A DNA stretch of 64,000 nt from an uncultured Gemmatimonadales bacterium. GTDB lineage: Bacteria; Gemmatimonadota; Gemmatimonadetes; Gemmatimonadales; GWC2-71-9. Both the position numbers and the translations under genes were made by a program. The notes under the pieces are model-generated. The model made no database searches. It was not told where the DNA came from and worked only from the letters and a program-made list of their open reading frames with translations. Each line of letters opens with the position of its first letter. Position 1 is the stretch's first letter. Positions 1-9,817 of this stretch are shown here, piece after piece. Location of the stretch: positions 187,073 through 251,072 of the forward strand of contig CAVYSW010000006.1 in assembly GCA_963771275.1 (NCBI GenBank), written 5' to 3'.

Positions 1-604
1 CCCGGTCGCACAGCCGCTCCGCCTCGTCCATGTAGTGCGTGGTGAGCAGCACTGTGCGCCCTTCGGCCTTGAGCGCCGTGATGAGATCCCACAGCTGCCG
101 GCGGGCCTGGGGATCGAGCCCGGCCGTCGGCTCGTCGAGGAACAGGATCTCGGGCGCGCTCACCAGCGCCACCGCGATCGCGAGGCGCTGGCGCTGCCCG
201 CCGGAGAGGTTCTTGACGTAGGCGCCGCGCTTCTCCCGGAGCCCGACCACGCCGAGCGCGTCCTCCACGCGCATGCCCGCCGGGAAGAAGCTGCGGAACA
301 GCTGCAGCGTCTCCCGCACGGTGAGCTTCTCCGGGAACAGCGTCTCCTGGAGCTGCGTCCCCATGCGGAGCCGCAGGGCGTTCGCGTCCCGCGCCCACGT
401 GCGGCCCAGCACTTCGACCTCACCGGCGTCGGCGGCCAGCAGCCCCTGGAGGATCTCGACCGTCGTCGTCTTCCCCGCTCCGTTTGGGCCCAGCAGCCCG
501 AAGCACTCGCCGGTCGCGACCTCGAGGTCGAGGCCGTCGAGCGCGACGACGTCGCCGTAGCGTTTGACGAGTCCGTGACAGCGAATCGCGAGCGGCTGAG
601 CCAT
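1..604 (-). CDS. ABC transporter ATP-binding protein (drug-efflux/ABC-2 type), 3' end beyond window edge
   Basis: Manual minus-strand translation from ATG 604: MAQPLAIRCHGLVKRYGD..., Walker A GPNGAGKTT, signature LSGGQRQR, Walker B LFLDEPT, TTHYMDEAE. Absent from the ORF track because there is no stop in the window. Confidence 0.92.
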   Translation of the reverse strand, partial: MAQPLAIRCHGLVKRYGDVVALDGLDLEVATGECFGLLGPNGAGKTTTVEILQGLLAADAGEVEVLGRTWARDANALRLRMGTQLQETLFPEKLTVRETLQLFRSFFPAGMRVEDALGVVGLREKRGAYVKNLSGGQRQRLAIAVALVSAPEILFLDEPTAGLDPQARRQLWDLITALKAEGRTVLLTTHYMDEAERLCDR

Positions 605-684
605 GCGGCGCAATCAACGACGGCACCCACCCGAATGCAAGGCGATCCGCCACGGCGCCGCGCCCCGATTACCTTTCTCCGCCC

Positions 685-1515
685 ATGTGGACCTACGTGC
701 TGCGCGCCCTGGTGCTCGCCCTCCTCGTGTACGGGCTGCTCGTCGTGCTCGGCTGGCGCTATCAGGATCGCCTGGCGTTTCCCGCGCCGCGGACGCGACT
801 CCCGGCGCCGTCGGACGCGGGCCTCCCCGACGGCCGTCGCGTGGAGGTCCGCACCGCCGACGGCGTGACGCTGCGCGGCTGGTACCTGCCGCCCGTGAGC
901 GGGACGCCGCGTCCGGCACCCGGGCTGCTCTGGTTCTGCGGCAACATGGAGACCGTGGCCGGCATGGGGCCGCTCGCCGCGGCGTGGCGCCCGCCCGAGG
1001 CGGCCCTGCTGTTCCTCGACTACCGCGGCTACGGCGAGAGCGACGGGCAGCCCACCGAGACCGGCTTGTACCGCGACGGCGAGGCCGCGTGGGCGTTTCT
1101 CACCGCGCAACCGGAAGTCGACCCCGCGCGCGTGGCCGTGTACGGTCGGTCGCTCGGCAGCGCCGTGGCGTTGGAGCTCGCCGCGCGCCATCCGGTCCGC
1201 GCCGTCGTGTTGGACAGCCCGTTCTCGAGCGCCAGCGCGCTCGCCCGCCTGCACTATTGGTTTCTCCCGCCCGGCGTCGTGCGCCTCTCGATGGACAACC
1301 TCGCCCGCGCACGCCTGCTCACCGCCCCGTTGTTCGTCGCGCACGGCACCGAGGACCGCATCGCGCCGATCGCCATGGGACGCGCGGTGGCGGAGGCCGG
1401 CCGCGCCGCCACGTTCCTCGCGATTCCGGACGCGGGCCACAACGACACGTACGACCTGGGCGACGCCCGCTACCGCGACGCGATGACCGCCTTCCTGCGC
1501 GACGCCTTCCGGTGA
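685..1515 (+). CDS. Alpha/beta hydrolase (ABHD13/BEM46-like) with N-terminal membrane anchor
   Basis: DYRGYGES, nucleophile elbow GRSLG, HGTEDRIAP, GHND catalytic His; hydrophobic N-terminus. Confidence 0.88.
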   Translation: MWTYVLRALVLALLVYGLLVVLGWRYQDRLAFPAPRTRLPAPSDAGLPDGRRVEVRTADGVTLRGWYLPPVSGTPRPAPGLLWFCGNMETVAGMGPLAAAWRPPEAALLFLDYRGYGESDGQPTETGLYRDGEAAWAFLTAQPEVDPARVAVYGRSLGSAVALELAARHPVRAVVLDSPFSSASALARLHYWFLPPGVVRLSMDNLARARLLTAPLFVAHGTEDRIAPIAMGRAVAEAGRAATFLAIPDAGHNDTYDLGDARYRDAMTAFLRDAFR

Positions 1516-1640
1516 CCGCTCCCGACCGGCCGAACCACCGCCTGGCGGACCGCGTCCGCCTTGAGCAGCGCAGGACACCGCCGTATCCTCATTCGGGGCG
1601 TTCACCCGCATTCGTTCCATCTCTCGTCCAGGATGCCGTC

Positions 1641-3296
1641 ATGCGATTCTCGCTCGTCGCCGCCGCCTTGCTGCTGAGCCCGCTCGGCGCCGCGGCTCAG
1701 CAGCCCGCCGACCTCATCATCGTCAATGCCCGGATCTACACCGCGGATCAGAACCACCCCGTGGTGGCGGCGCTCGCCGTCCGGGGCGACCGGATCGCGT
1801 TCGTGGGCAGCCGGCGCGAAGCGGAGGCCCTCGCCGGCCCGAACACCACGCGCCTCGACCTGGCGGGCAAGACGGTGATTCCCGGCATGGTCGACGCCCA
1901 CACCCACCTGCTCGGCCTCGGCCAGGCGCTGCGCATCGTGGACCTCGTGGGCACGGAGTCCTCTGACGCGGTGATTGCCCGGGTCGCGGAACGGGTCAAG
2001 ACCGCGCGGCCCGGTGAGTGGATCCGCGGGCGCGGCTGGGATCAGAACGACTGGTCCGACCAGCGGTTCCCGACGCACGAGGCGCTGTCGCGCGCCGTGC
2101 CGGACAATCCGGTGTACCTCACGCGCGTGGACGGCCACGCCGCCCTGGTGAACGCCAAGGCGATGGAGCTGGCGGGCATCACGGCGGCCACCAAGGATCC
2201 GCAGGGCGGCCGCCTGATCCGCGACGCCAAGGGCAACCCCACCGGCGTGCTGGTCGACGCGGCGCAGGGACTGGTCGGGCGCGTCATCCCGGCCGATTCG
2301 AAGGACGAGATCAAGGCCGCGACCCTGGCGGCAATCGCGGAAGCCAACCAGTACGGCCTCACGGGGATCCACGATGCCGGCGTGAGCCCCGACGTGATCG
2401 CCAGCTACGAGGAGCTGGCCCGGGCCGGCCAGTACAACCTGCGGAACTACGTCATGGTCCGGGCCGACGAGCAGACGCTCGCCGGGATCATGCGGCAGGG
2501 CCGCCGCCTCGCCGTGGACGACCGGCTCTGGCTTCGCAGCATCAAGATCGTGGCGGACGGCGCGCTGGGGAGCCGCGGCGCCGCCATGCTGGAGGATTAC
2601 TCCGACGAGCCGGGCAACCGTGGCCTCATCACGACCGACACGGCGGCGTTCCACCGCATCGCCGTCCAGGCGCTGAAGAGCGGGTTCCAGGTCAACGTGC
2701 ACGCCATCGGGGACCGCGCCAACCGCATCGCGCTGGACATCTTCGAGGCCGCGCTCGACGCGGTGCCGACGGCCGATCACCGCTTCCGGGTCGAGCACGC
2801 GCAGATCCTCACGTACCAGGACATCCCGCGGTTCGCCCAGCTCGGCGTGATCCCGTCGATGCAGGGGAGCCACCAGACGAGCGACATGTACTGGGCGATC
2901 AACCGCATCGGCTGGAGCCGTGCCGCGGGCGCCTACGCGTGGCGCTCGCTGCTCAACACCGGCGTGGTGATCCCCAACGGGTCGGACTTCCCGGTGGAAT
3001 CGCCCAACCCGCTGATCTCGTTCCGTGCGTTCTTCACGCGGATGGATGCAAACGATTTCCCGCCGGGCGGCTGGTTCCCCGGGCAGCGCACCACGCGCCA
3101 GGAGGCGCTGCTCAGCATCACCCTCTGGCCGGCCTACGCCGCGTTCATGGAGGACGTGAGCGGGTCGCTGACCCCGGGGAAGTACGCCGACTTCGTCGTG
3201 CTGGACCGGGACATCATGACGGTCGCCGAGACGGAAGTGCTCGGCACGCAGGTGCTGGCGACGTACCTGGGCGGGAAGCCGGTCTACCGCCACTGA
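1641..3296 (+). CDS. Secreted amidohydrolase 3 family (YtcJ-like)
   Basis: Signal peptide MRFSLVAAALLLSPLGAAAQ; PGMVDAHTH, DGALGSRGA, HAIGDRAN, RVEHAQ, GSDFP, GKYADFVVL. Confidence 0.9.
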   Translation: MRFSLVAAALLLSPLGAAAQQPADLIIVNARIYTADQNHPVVAALAVRGDRIAFVGSRREAEALAGPNTTRLDLAGKTVIPGMVDAHTHLLGLGQALRIVDLVGTESSDAVIARVAERVKTARPGEWIRGRGWDQNDWSDQRFPTHEALSRAVPDNPVYLTRVDGHAALVNAKAMELAGITAATKDPQGGRLIRDAKGNPTGVLVDAAQGLVGRVIPADSKDEIKAATLAAIAEANQYGLTGIHDAGVSPDVIASYEELARAGQYNLRNYVMVRADEQTLAGIMRQGRRLAVDDRLWLRSIKIVADGALGSRGAAMLEDYSDEPGNRGLITTDTAAFHRIAVQALKSGFQVNVHAIGDRANRIALDIFEAALDAVPTADHRFRVEHAQILTYQDIPRFAQLGVIPSMQGSHQTSDMYWAINRIGWSRAAGAYAWRSLLNTGVVIPNGSDFPVESPNPLISFRAFFTRMDANDFPPGGWFPGQRTTRQEALLSITLWPAYAAFMEDVSGSLTPGKYADFVVLDRDIMTVAETEVLGTQVLATYLGGKPVYRH

Positions 3297-3372
3297 GCGC
3301 GGTTCAACCCCGCGCGCCACCAGCCGCCGTGCGCCGGCAGCGGCGCGGCAGGAGGTTTTTCCGTCCGGAGCC

Positions 3373-4209
3373 ATGAGCACGATCGAGTTCAGTCTGTGGA
3401 CGGCGGTGGGGTCCTTCATCGCCGGGTTCATCGGCTCCCTCACGGGACTCGGCGGTGGGGTCGTGATCGTGCCCATGCTCACCCTGGTATTCCACGTCGA
3501 CATCCGCTATGCGATCGGCGCGTCCCTGGTGGCGGTGATCGCCACGTCCTCCGGCGCCGCCGCGGCGTTCGTCAGGGAGGGATACACCAATCTGCGGATC
3601 GGCATGTTCCTGGAGATCGCCACCACGTTCGGCGCGCTGGGGGGGGCGGCCCTGGCCGGGTGGATCTCGCCATCCATCGTCGGTCTGATCTTCGGGCTGG
3701 TGCTGGTCTATTCCGCCTTCATGGCGGCCCGACCGCAGCCGCACGACCGCACCGCGGGCGAGGCTGAGCGTCTCGCGACGGTCTTGCAGCTGGACTCGTC
3801 GTTTCCCGCTCCCGAAGGCACCCGGGACTACCACGTGCGCGCGGTCCCGTTCGGGTTCGGGATGATGTTCCTGGCCGGCACGATCTCCGGGCTGCTCGGG
3901 ATCGGCTCGGGCGCCTTCAAGGTCGTCGCGATGGATCAGGTGATGCGCATCCCGTTCAAGGTCTCGACGACCACGAGCAACTTCATGATCGGGGTGACCG
4001 CCGCCGCCAGCGCGGGCGTGTACCTCAACCGGGGCTACATCGACCCCGGCATGGCGGCGCCCATCATGCTGGGCGTCCTCGCCGGGTCGCTCGTGGGCGC
4101 CCGGCTGCTCTCCAAGGCCGCCACCGGCATGCTGCGCGTGCTGTTCGCGATCGTGATCCTGGTGCTGGCCATCGAGATGATCTACAGCGCGGTCGCGGGG
4201 AGGCTGTGA
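3373..4209 (+). CDS. TSUP / TauE-SafE family membrane transporter
   Basis: GSLTGLGGG and SGLLGIGSG repeated motifs, multiple TM segments. Confidence 0.9.
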   Translation: MSTIEFSLWTAVGSFIAGFIGSLTGLGGGVVIVPMLTLVFHVDIRYAIGASLVAVIATSSGAAAAFVREGYTNLRIGMFLEIATTFGALGGAALAGWISPSIVGLIFGLVLVYSAFMAARPQPHDRTAGEAERLATVLQLDSSFPAPEGTRDYHVRAVPFGFGMMFLAGTISGLLGIGSGAFKVVAMDQVMRIPFKVSTTTSNFMIGVTAAASAGVYLNRGYIDPGMAAPIMLGVLAGSLVGARLLSKAATGMLRVLFAIVILVLAIEMIYSAVAGRL

Positions 4210-4213
4210 GCCG

Positions 4214-4603
4214 GTGTTCAGACGCCTGAAGGAATGCGGCGAGCTCCAGATGGAAGTGTATCTGGCGCGCCTCCTCCGGATCGGGGTGATCGTGGCGGGG
4301 GCCGTCGTGGCGGTCGGCCTGGGCCTGTTCCTGTACCGACACGGCTCTGCGGTGCCAGACTACCGGGTCTTCAAGGGTGAACCCGCCGACCTCCGCAGCA
4401 TCACGGCCATCGTGCACGAAGCGCTGGACTTCAGGCGGCGCGGCGTGATGCAGCTGGGCCTGCTGCTGATGATCGCGACACCGGTGGCACGGGTGGCGTT
4501 CTCCGTGCTCGCCTTCGTCTGCCAGCGCGACCGGGTCTATGTGCTGGTCACGCTCATCGTGCTGGGCGCGCTGCTCTACAGCATGGCCGGCGGCCTGCCG
4601 TAG
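4214..4603 (+). CDS. DUF1634-type small membrane protein (usual TSUP partner)
   Basis: LARLLRIGV...QLGLLLMIATPVARVAFS pattern; 4 bp after the TSUP gene; start may be ATG 4250. Confidence 0.8.
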   Translation: MFRRLKECGELQMEVYLARLLRIGVIVAGAVVAVGLGLFLYRHGSAVPDYRVFKGEPADLRSITAIVHEALDFRRRGVMQLGLLLMIATPVARVAFSVLAFVCQRDRVYVLVTLIVLGALLYSMAGGLP

Positions 4604-4756
4604 GGCGCGGCCTGCCGTCGCCTGGGGTCACTCCACACCAGGTGCCTGGCCGCAGGTCCCGGAGGACGCGTCGGTGAGCGGCGAGCGCCCTACCGACCCG
4701 CCTCCCGTGCGCATTGCGGCGATCGAAGTCCCCCGCGGGACGTGTCCGGCGGTTTT

Positions 4757-5965
4757 CTACCGGCGCTCGAACACCCCGTCCCGGCTGCGTTCCACCTGCC
4801 AGGCGAGCACGGCCGCCAGGCCGACGACGCCCGCCGCGACGAAGAACGGCACGCCCGTGCCGAGTGCCTGAAACGCCGCCGTCGCCCCGATCGGCGCGAC
4901 CACGCGGGCGACCCCGCCGAACGTCTGCTGCACGCCGAGCACCTGGCCGCGCTCGGTTTCCGGCGCGTGGTGCGTCAGCAGCGCGGTCGTGGCGGGGAAC
5001 AGCAGCGCGGTCCCCATCGGCACGAGCGCGAGCGCCAGGGCCAGCAGCGGCAGCGCGTGCGGCAGCGGGATCAGCACGAGTCCGAGCGCGAGCAGCGCGC
5101 CCCCGATCCGCATCACGCCGGTCTCGCCGAACCGGTCGATCATCCAGCCGAGGATCACGGCCCGCATCACGACCGACAGTCCGCCCGTGAACACGAACAC
5201 GAGCCCGATCGTCTTCTCGGTGAATCCGAACTCGGCGCGCAGGTAGAGCGCGAGCACCCCCGTCATCGCCGTGAATCCCAGCATGCCGACCGCGTAGATC
5301 CACACGAACCGCGGGATCGGGCTGCGCGGCTTGCGCAGCACCTCCCATACGGCGCCGCGGATCGACCGGGGACGCGCCGGGCCCAGCGGCGCGGCGCCCG
5401 GCTGCCGGGACGGGGACGTCTCGGGGAGCCAGCGCCACGCGAACGCAACGTTCAGGAAGCACAGGGCGCCCGCGATCAGACCCGGTGCGGCATGCCCCAG
5501 GTTGATCGTGAGCGAGCCGATCGCCGGACCGATCATCACCCCGGCCGACGTGGCGGCCGAGAGCCAGCCCAGGGCTTTCGCCCGATTCTTGGACTCGATC
5601 GCGTCGCCGATATAGGCCTGCGCGACCCCCGTTGTGCCGCCGCCGCCGCCCTGGATGATGCGGGAGAGGAACAGCATCCACATCGAGACGGCGAAGCCGA
5701 ACACCACGAATGCGACGCCCGATGCGGCGAGCCCCACCATCAGGGCGGGACGGCGCCCGAACCGGTCGGAGATCCGGCCCCACAGCGGCGCCGAGGCGAG
5801 CTGGGCGATCGAGAAGCTCGCGATCATCCAGCCGATGACCCATTCCGGCGCATGCAGCCGCAGCGCGTAGAACGGCAGCAGCGGGAAGATCATCGCGAAG
5901 CCCAGCATGTCCACGAACCCGATGCCGATGAGGACCGAGACCTTCTTCATCGCGGGGTCCCTCAT
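4757..5965 (-). CDS. MFS transporter (TetA/DHA1-like)
   Basis: Motif A GRISDRFGRRP, GPAIG, ~12 TM segments; ATGA overlap with the upstream permease stop. Confidence 0.9.
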   Translation of the reverse strand: MRDPAMKKVSVLIGIGFVDMLGFAMIFPLLPFYALRLHAPEWVIGWMIASFSIAQLASAPLWGRISDRFGRRPALMVGLAASGVAFVVFGFAVSMWMLFLSRIIQGGGGGTTGVAQAYIGDAIESKNRAKALGWLSAATSAGVMIGPAIGSLTINLGHAAPGLIAGALCFLNVAFAWRWLPETSPSRQPGAAPLGPARPRSIRGAVWEVLRKPRSPIPRFVWIYAVGMLGFTAMTGVLALYLRAEFGFTEKTIGLVFVFTGGLSVVMRAVILGWMIDRFGETGVMRIGGALLALGLVLIPLPHALPLLALALALVPMGTALLFPATTALLTHHAPETERGQVLGVQQTFGGVARVVAPIGATAAFQALGTGVPFFVAAGVVGLAAVLAWQVERSRDGVFERR

Positions 5966-7596
5966 CGTCGCGTTCCCACCGCCATGGCGGCGGCGGAGAT
6001 GCCCATCAGCACCACCCCATAGGCCGCGGCGACCCCGACGTCGAACTGGCGCAGCGCGCCGAGGATCTCGATCGCGATCGGCCGCGTCTCGAACGTGTAG
6101 AGCACGACCGAGGTCACGAAATCCCCCAGCGCCGTGGCGAAGGCGAGCGCGCCGCCGGCGAGCAGCGCCGGCCGGAGCAGGGGGATCGTGACGCGGGCAA
6201 TCCGCCGGAGCCGGCCCGCGCCGAGCGACGCGGCGGCCTCGTCCAGGCTCGGGTCCAGCTGCCGGAACCCGGCGAGCACGGAGCCCGCGGCGATCGGCAG
6301 GTTCCGGATCACATAGGCGAGCGGCAGGATGACTGCCGTGCCAACCAGCACCCAGCGTCCGATCCACGGCTGGCGCGCGCTGAACGCGGTGGCGAGCGCG
6401 ATGGCGAGCACCGTCCCCGGCACCGCCCACGGCAGCGTCGTGAGCGCTTCGACCGCGCGCGCGAGCGAGGCCCGGCGCTGCACGACGACGCGGCCAGCCC
6501 AGAGGGCCAGGCCCAGCGCGCCGGCGGTGGCCGCCGCCGCCATCCACAGCGAGTTGAGCAGCGGCCGCAGCCGCTCCGGCTCCCGCAGCAACGCCGTGTA
6601 GTTCCCCAGCGTGTAGGCGGGCGGCAGCAGCTCCGTCGTCCAGGTCCCCAGCGGTACGAGGGAGACGACCAGCAGGGTGACGTGCGGCAGCAGCAGGACG
6701 ATCGCCAGCGCCCATCCCAGCGCCGTGGCGACGCCCCGGGCCAGCGGCCGGTGCAGCGCCTGCGCGCCGGGGGCCGTGCCCTTGGCGAGCACCGCCACCG
6801 AGCGCGTGCCCTGCGTGCGGCGCATCAGCACGAGCCCGACGAGCGCCACGGCCGCCAGCGCCACCGTCTGGACCATCGCGAGCCCCAGATCACCGTTCAG
6901 CTTGGTGGTGACGATCTGCGTCGTCATCACGCGGAAGCCGCCCCCGAACACGTACGGCGCGCTGAACGAGCCCAGCGACGTCATGAACGTGAGCAGCGCC
7001 GCGCCGGCGATCTGCGGCCGGAGCAGCGGCAGCGTCACGCGCCGGAGGATCGACCACCGTCCCGCACCGAGCGATTCCGCGGCCTCGACCATCGCGCGAT
7101 CCACCCGCGCGAGCCCGGCCCGCGTGAACAAGTAGAAGTACACGTACATCGAGTACGCGTGCACCAGGAGGATCGCCCCCGCGCCCTGGAGGCGCCACGG
7201 CGGCCCTGCGAGCCCGAAAACCCGCGTCACGAGCCGCGGGATAAACCCGCTCTCCCCGTAGAGGAACAGGAACGCGATCACGCCGACGAGCGGTGGCAGC
7301 ACGGCCGGGAGGGCCACGAGCCCGCCGAGCAGCCGCCGGCCCGGGAACGCGATCCGCTCGAACACGAACGCGAGCGGCACGCCGACCGCGCCGGCCAGGA
7401 GCACACTCGCGAGCGAGATCCACACGCTGCCCCACAGCGCCTGCCATTGCGTCGGCTCCCGCGCGAACGCCGCGATGTGCGAGAGCGTCCAGCCGGTCCC
7501 GCCGCGCAGCGCGTCCACCAGCACGAGCGCCAGCGGGTAGGCAACCAGCCAGACGAGCACCAGCGTGAGCAGCACGCCGCGCGGCCGGCGCGTCAT
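5962..7596 (-). CDS. ABC importer permease, duplicated FbpB-type (Fe3+/polyamine/thiamine class)
   Basis: Two EAA motifs (EAAESLGAG, EAAASLGAG); ATGA overlap with the ATPase gene. Confidence 0.9.
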   Translation of the reverse strand: MTRRPRGVLLTLVLVWLVAYPLALVLVDALRGGTGWTLSHIAAFAREPTQWQALWGSVWISLASVLLAGAVGVPLAFVFERIAFPGRRLLGGLVALPAVLPPLVGVIAFLFLYGESGFIPRLVTRVFGLAGPPWRLQGAGAILLVHAYSMYVYFYLFTRAGLARVDRAMVEAAESLGAGRWSILRRVTLPLLRPQIAGAALLTFMTSLGSFSAPYVFGGGFRVMTTQIVTTKLNGDLGLAMVQTVALAAVALVGLVLMRRTQGTRSVAVLAKGTAPGAQALHRPLARGVATALGWALAIVLLLPHVTLLVVSLVPLGTWTTELLPPAYTLGNYTALLREPERLRPLLNSLWMAAAATAGALGLALWAGRVVVQRRASLARAVEALTTLPWAVPGTVLAIALATAFSARQPWIGRWVLVGTAVILPLAYVIRNLPIAAGSVLAGFRQLDPSLDEAAASLGAGRLRRIARVTIPLLRPALLAGGALAFATALGDFVTSVVLYTFETRPIAIEILGALRQFDVGVAAAYGVVLMGISAAAMAVGTRR

Positions 7597-8621
7597 ACGG
7601 GCGCCGCCGGAAACGCGTGCGCGAACACGGCGGTCACCGACACCGCGTCCCCCGGGCGCGCCACGTCCACGGGGGCTTCCACTTCGACCACCCCGGCTGC
7701 GGTCCCGACCTGGAACAGCGCCTTGCCCCCGAGATAGCGCACGTCCTGCACCCGGCCGGCGAGGCCGCCGTCGGTCACGAACCGCAGCGATTCCGGCCGC
7801 ACCACTACCGCGACGGCCTGCCCGGCCGCCGTCCCTCCGGGCGCGCGCACCGGCCACGGGGCGCCATCGACCACACGCGCATGTCCCCCGTCGTGCATCA
7901 CGCCGGGCAGCACGGCGCCGCGCCCCACGAACGTCGCGACGAACAGCGTGGCCGGTCGCTCGTAGAGGTCCGGGCCCGTGCCGACCTGCTCGAGCCGGCC
8001 GTCCCGCAGCACGGCGACGAGATCACCGAGGGCGAATGCCTCCTCCTGCTCGTGCGTCACCAGCACCGTCGTGATGCCGACCTTGGTGAGCGCGGTCCGC
8101 AGCTCGCGCCGCGTGCGCTCGCGCAGCGACGGATCGAGATTCGAGAGCGGCTCGTCGAGCAGCAGCAGCCGCGGCTCGGGCGCCAGCGCGCGGGCCAGCG
8201 CCACGCGCTGCTGCTGCCCGCCCGACAGCGCGTCGATCGTGCGGTGCTCGAACCCGGCGAGGTCCACCAGCCCGAGCAGCGCCCGCACGCGCTCCAGCCG
8301 GTCGGGCCGGGCGTGAATCCCGAAGGCAACGTTCTCGCCGACCGTGAGGTGGGGAAACAGCGCGTAGTGCTGGAACACCATCCCGAAGCGGCGCGCCGCC
8401 GGCGCGAGCCGCGTGATGTCGCGCCCCTCGAGCAGCACCGCGCCGGCGTCGGGCTCCTCGAAGCCCGCGAGGATCCTGAGCGTCGTGGTCTTGCCGCTGC
8501 CGCTCGGACCGAGCAGGGCGAGCACGCTGCCGCGCGGCACCGTGAGCGAGAGGTCCCGCACGGCCGCGTGCCCCGTGAAGTGCTTGGTGACGCCCTCGAG
8601 CTCGAGGAACCGCTCGGCCAT
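7593..8621 (-). CDS. ABC importer ATP-binding protein (FbpC/PotA-like, C-terminal TOBE)
   Basis: GPSGSGKTT, FQHYALFPHL, LSGGQQQRVALARAL, LLLDEPLSNLD. Confidence 0.92.
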   Translation of the reverse strand: MAERFLELEGVTKHFTGHAAVRDLSLTVPRGSVLALLGPSGSGKTTTLRILAGFEEPDAGAVLLEGRDITRLAPAARRFGMVFQHYALFPHLTVGENVAFGIHARPDRLERVRALLGLVDLAGFEHRTIDALSGGQQQRVALARALAPEPRLLLLDEPLSNLDPSLRERTRRELRTALTKVGITTVLVTHEQEEAFALGDLVAVLRDGRLEQVGTGPDLYERPATLFVATFVGRGAVLPGVMHDGGHARVVDGAPWPVRAPGGTAAGQAVAVVVRPESLRFVTDGGLAGRVQDVRYLGGKALFQVGTAAGVVEVEAPVDVARPGDAVSVTAVFAHAFPAAPV

Positions 8622-9817
8622 CAGCGCGCCGTCCCGCGGCCGCGCACGGTCCGGTCCCAGTAGCTCATCCACTGATCCCCGTGCTCGCCCAGCGCGGCCC
8701 AGTCCATCGGCTCGACCACCAGGCGGCTCCGCACGTCCCGCGCCCAGTCGGGCAGCGAGTCCGCGGGAAGGTCGAGCCGCGCGGGCAGCCGGAACGCCTC
8801 CCGCGTGGCGAGGAGCTGGGCCGCCGGCGACCCGACCCAGTCGATGAACAGCCGCGCAGCCACGGCGTGCCGCGCACCCCGGACCAGCGCGATGGCGTCC
8901 TCGATCACGGGCGTGCCGCTCGTCGGCAGCGTGAATCCCAGCGGCTGCCCCTTGGCCCGCGCCACGAGAATGTCCGGCAGGTCCCACAGCGAGATGAGCC
9001 CTTCCCGTCGCACCAGCTTCTGATCCATCAGCACGGGGTTGAGCACGTACTCCCGCGTCTGGGCGTCGAGCCGCCGCAGCCAGCCGAACCCCGCCGCGGT
9101 GTCGCCCGTTTGCGTGAGGCCGCGCAGCACCACCATGCCGAAGATCGCGCGCATCGTGCCCGACGCGATCGGGTCGCGGATCAGCACCTGGCCCCGCCAG
9201 CGCGGGGCCAGCACGTCGTCCCAGTCGCGCGGCGCCTGGTCCGCCGGGATTGCCGCGGAATTGTAGGTGATCACGGCGGGCGTCTCGTACGCCGCGAAGT
9301 ACAGATCGCCCGCCCCGCGACCGCGTGCCGCCACGTCGTCGGCCCAGCTGGGCCGGTACGGCGCGAGCAGCGATTCCGCCGCGGCGCGCTGGAACAGGAT
9401 CGCCGGGCCGCCGAACCACACGTCCGCCTGGGGATTGACCCGCTCCGAGCGGATCCGGTCGAGCGCTTCCTGCGATCCCATGTCCAGCCAGCGGACGTCA
9501 ACGTCGGGATGCAGCGTCTCGAAGGTCCGTTCGGCGAGGCCGAGCAGGTCCGGTCCGTGCGGCGAGTAGATCACCAGCGGCGTCCGCCCCGGGCCGCCGC
9601 ACGCCGCGCCCGCGCCTGCCAGGACGATCCCGGCGATCAGCCGGACCGATCGACCAACGGGGCGTAGACCAGCCGATACCGCAGCGATCGCAGAGCACGC
9701 AGAGCTGTTGTGTGCCCTGTCGTGCTCCAGCGTGTCCTCGGCGCCCTCGCGCGACGCTCCTCTCTGCGTGCTCGGCGGTCTCTGCGGTGCGTACGTCACG
9801 ATCAGGCTACGGGACAA
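8621..9817 (-). CDS. ABC importer substrate-binding lipoprotein (Fe3+/AfuA-like class); start uncertain (GTG 9817 or 9799)
   Basis: Lipobox AGAAC, VIYSPH, NPQADVWFGG, PRDWDDVLAPRWRGQV, AARLFIDWV; TGATG overlap with the ATPase. Confidence 0.85.
   Translation of the reverse strand: MSRSLIVTYAPQRPPSTQRGASREGAEDTLEHDRAHNSSACSAIAAVSAGLRPVGRSVRLIAGIVLAGAGAACGGPGRTPLVIYSPHGPDLLGLAERTFETLHPDVDVRWLDMGSQEALDRIRSERVNPQADVWFGGPAILFQRAAAESLLAPYRPSWADDVAARGRGAGDLYFAAYETPAVITYNSAAIPADQAPRDWDDVLAPRWRGQVLIRDPIASGTMRAIFGMVVLRGLTQTGDTAAGFGWLRRLDAQTREYVLNPVLMDQKLVRREGLISLWDLPDILVARAKGQPLGFTLPTSGTPVIEDAIALVRGARHAVAARLFIDWVGSPAAQLLATREAFRLPARLDLPADSLPDWARDVRSRLVVEPMDWAALGEHGDQWMSYWDRTVRGRGTAR
9678..9788. repeat. 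Palindromic REP/MITE-like element with 9-nt-period nnCGCAGAG arms
   Basis: Left arm accgcagcg-atcgcagag-cacgcagag (9678-9704); right arm ctctgcgtg-ctcggcggt-ctctgcggt (9762-9788); 24/27 complementary. Confidence 0.8.

Noticed and set aside
603..1640. N-terminal extension of ORF 603..3296
   Set aside because: Overlaps the real hydrolase gene 685..1515 in another frame; the amidohydrolase signal peptide begins at ATG 1641.
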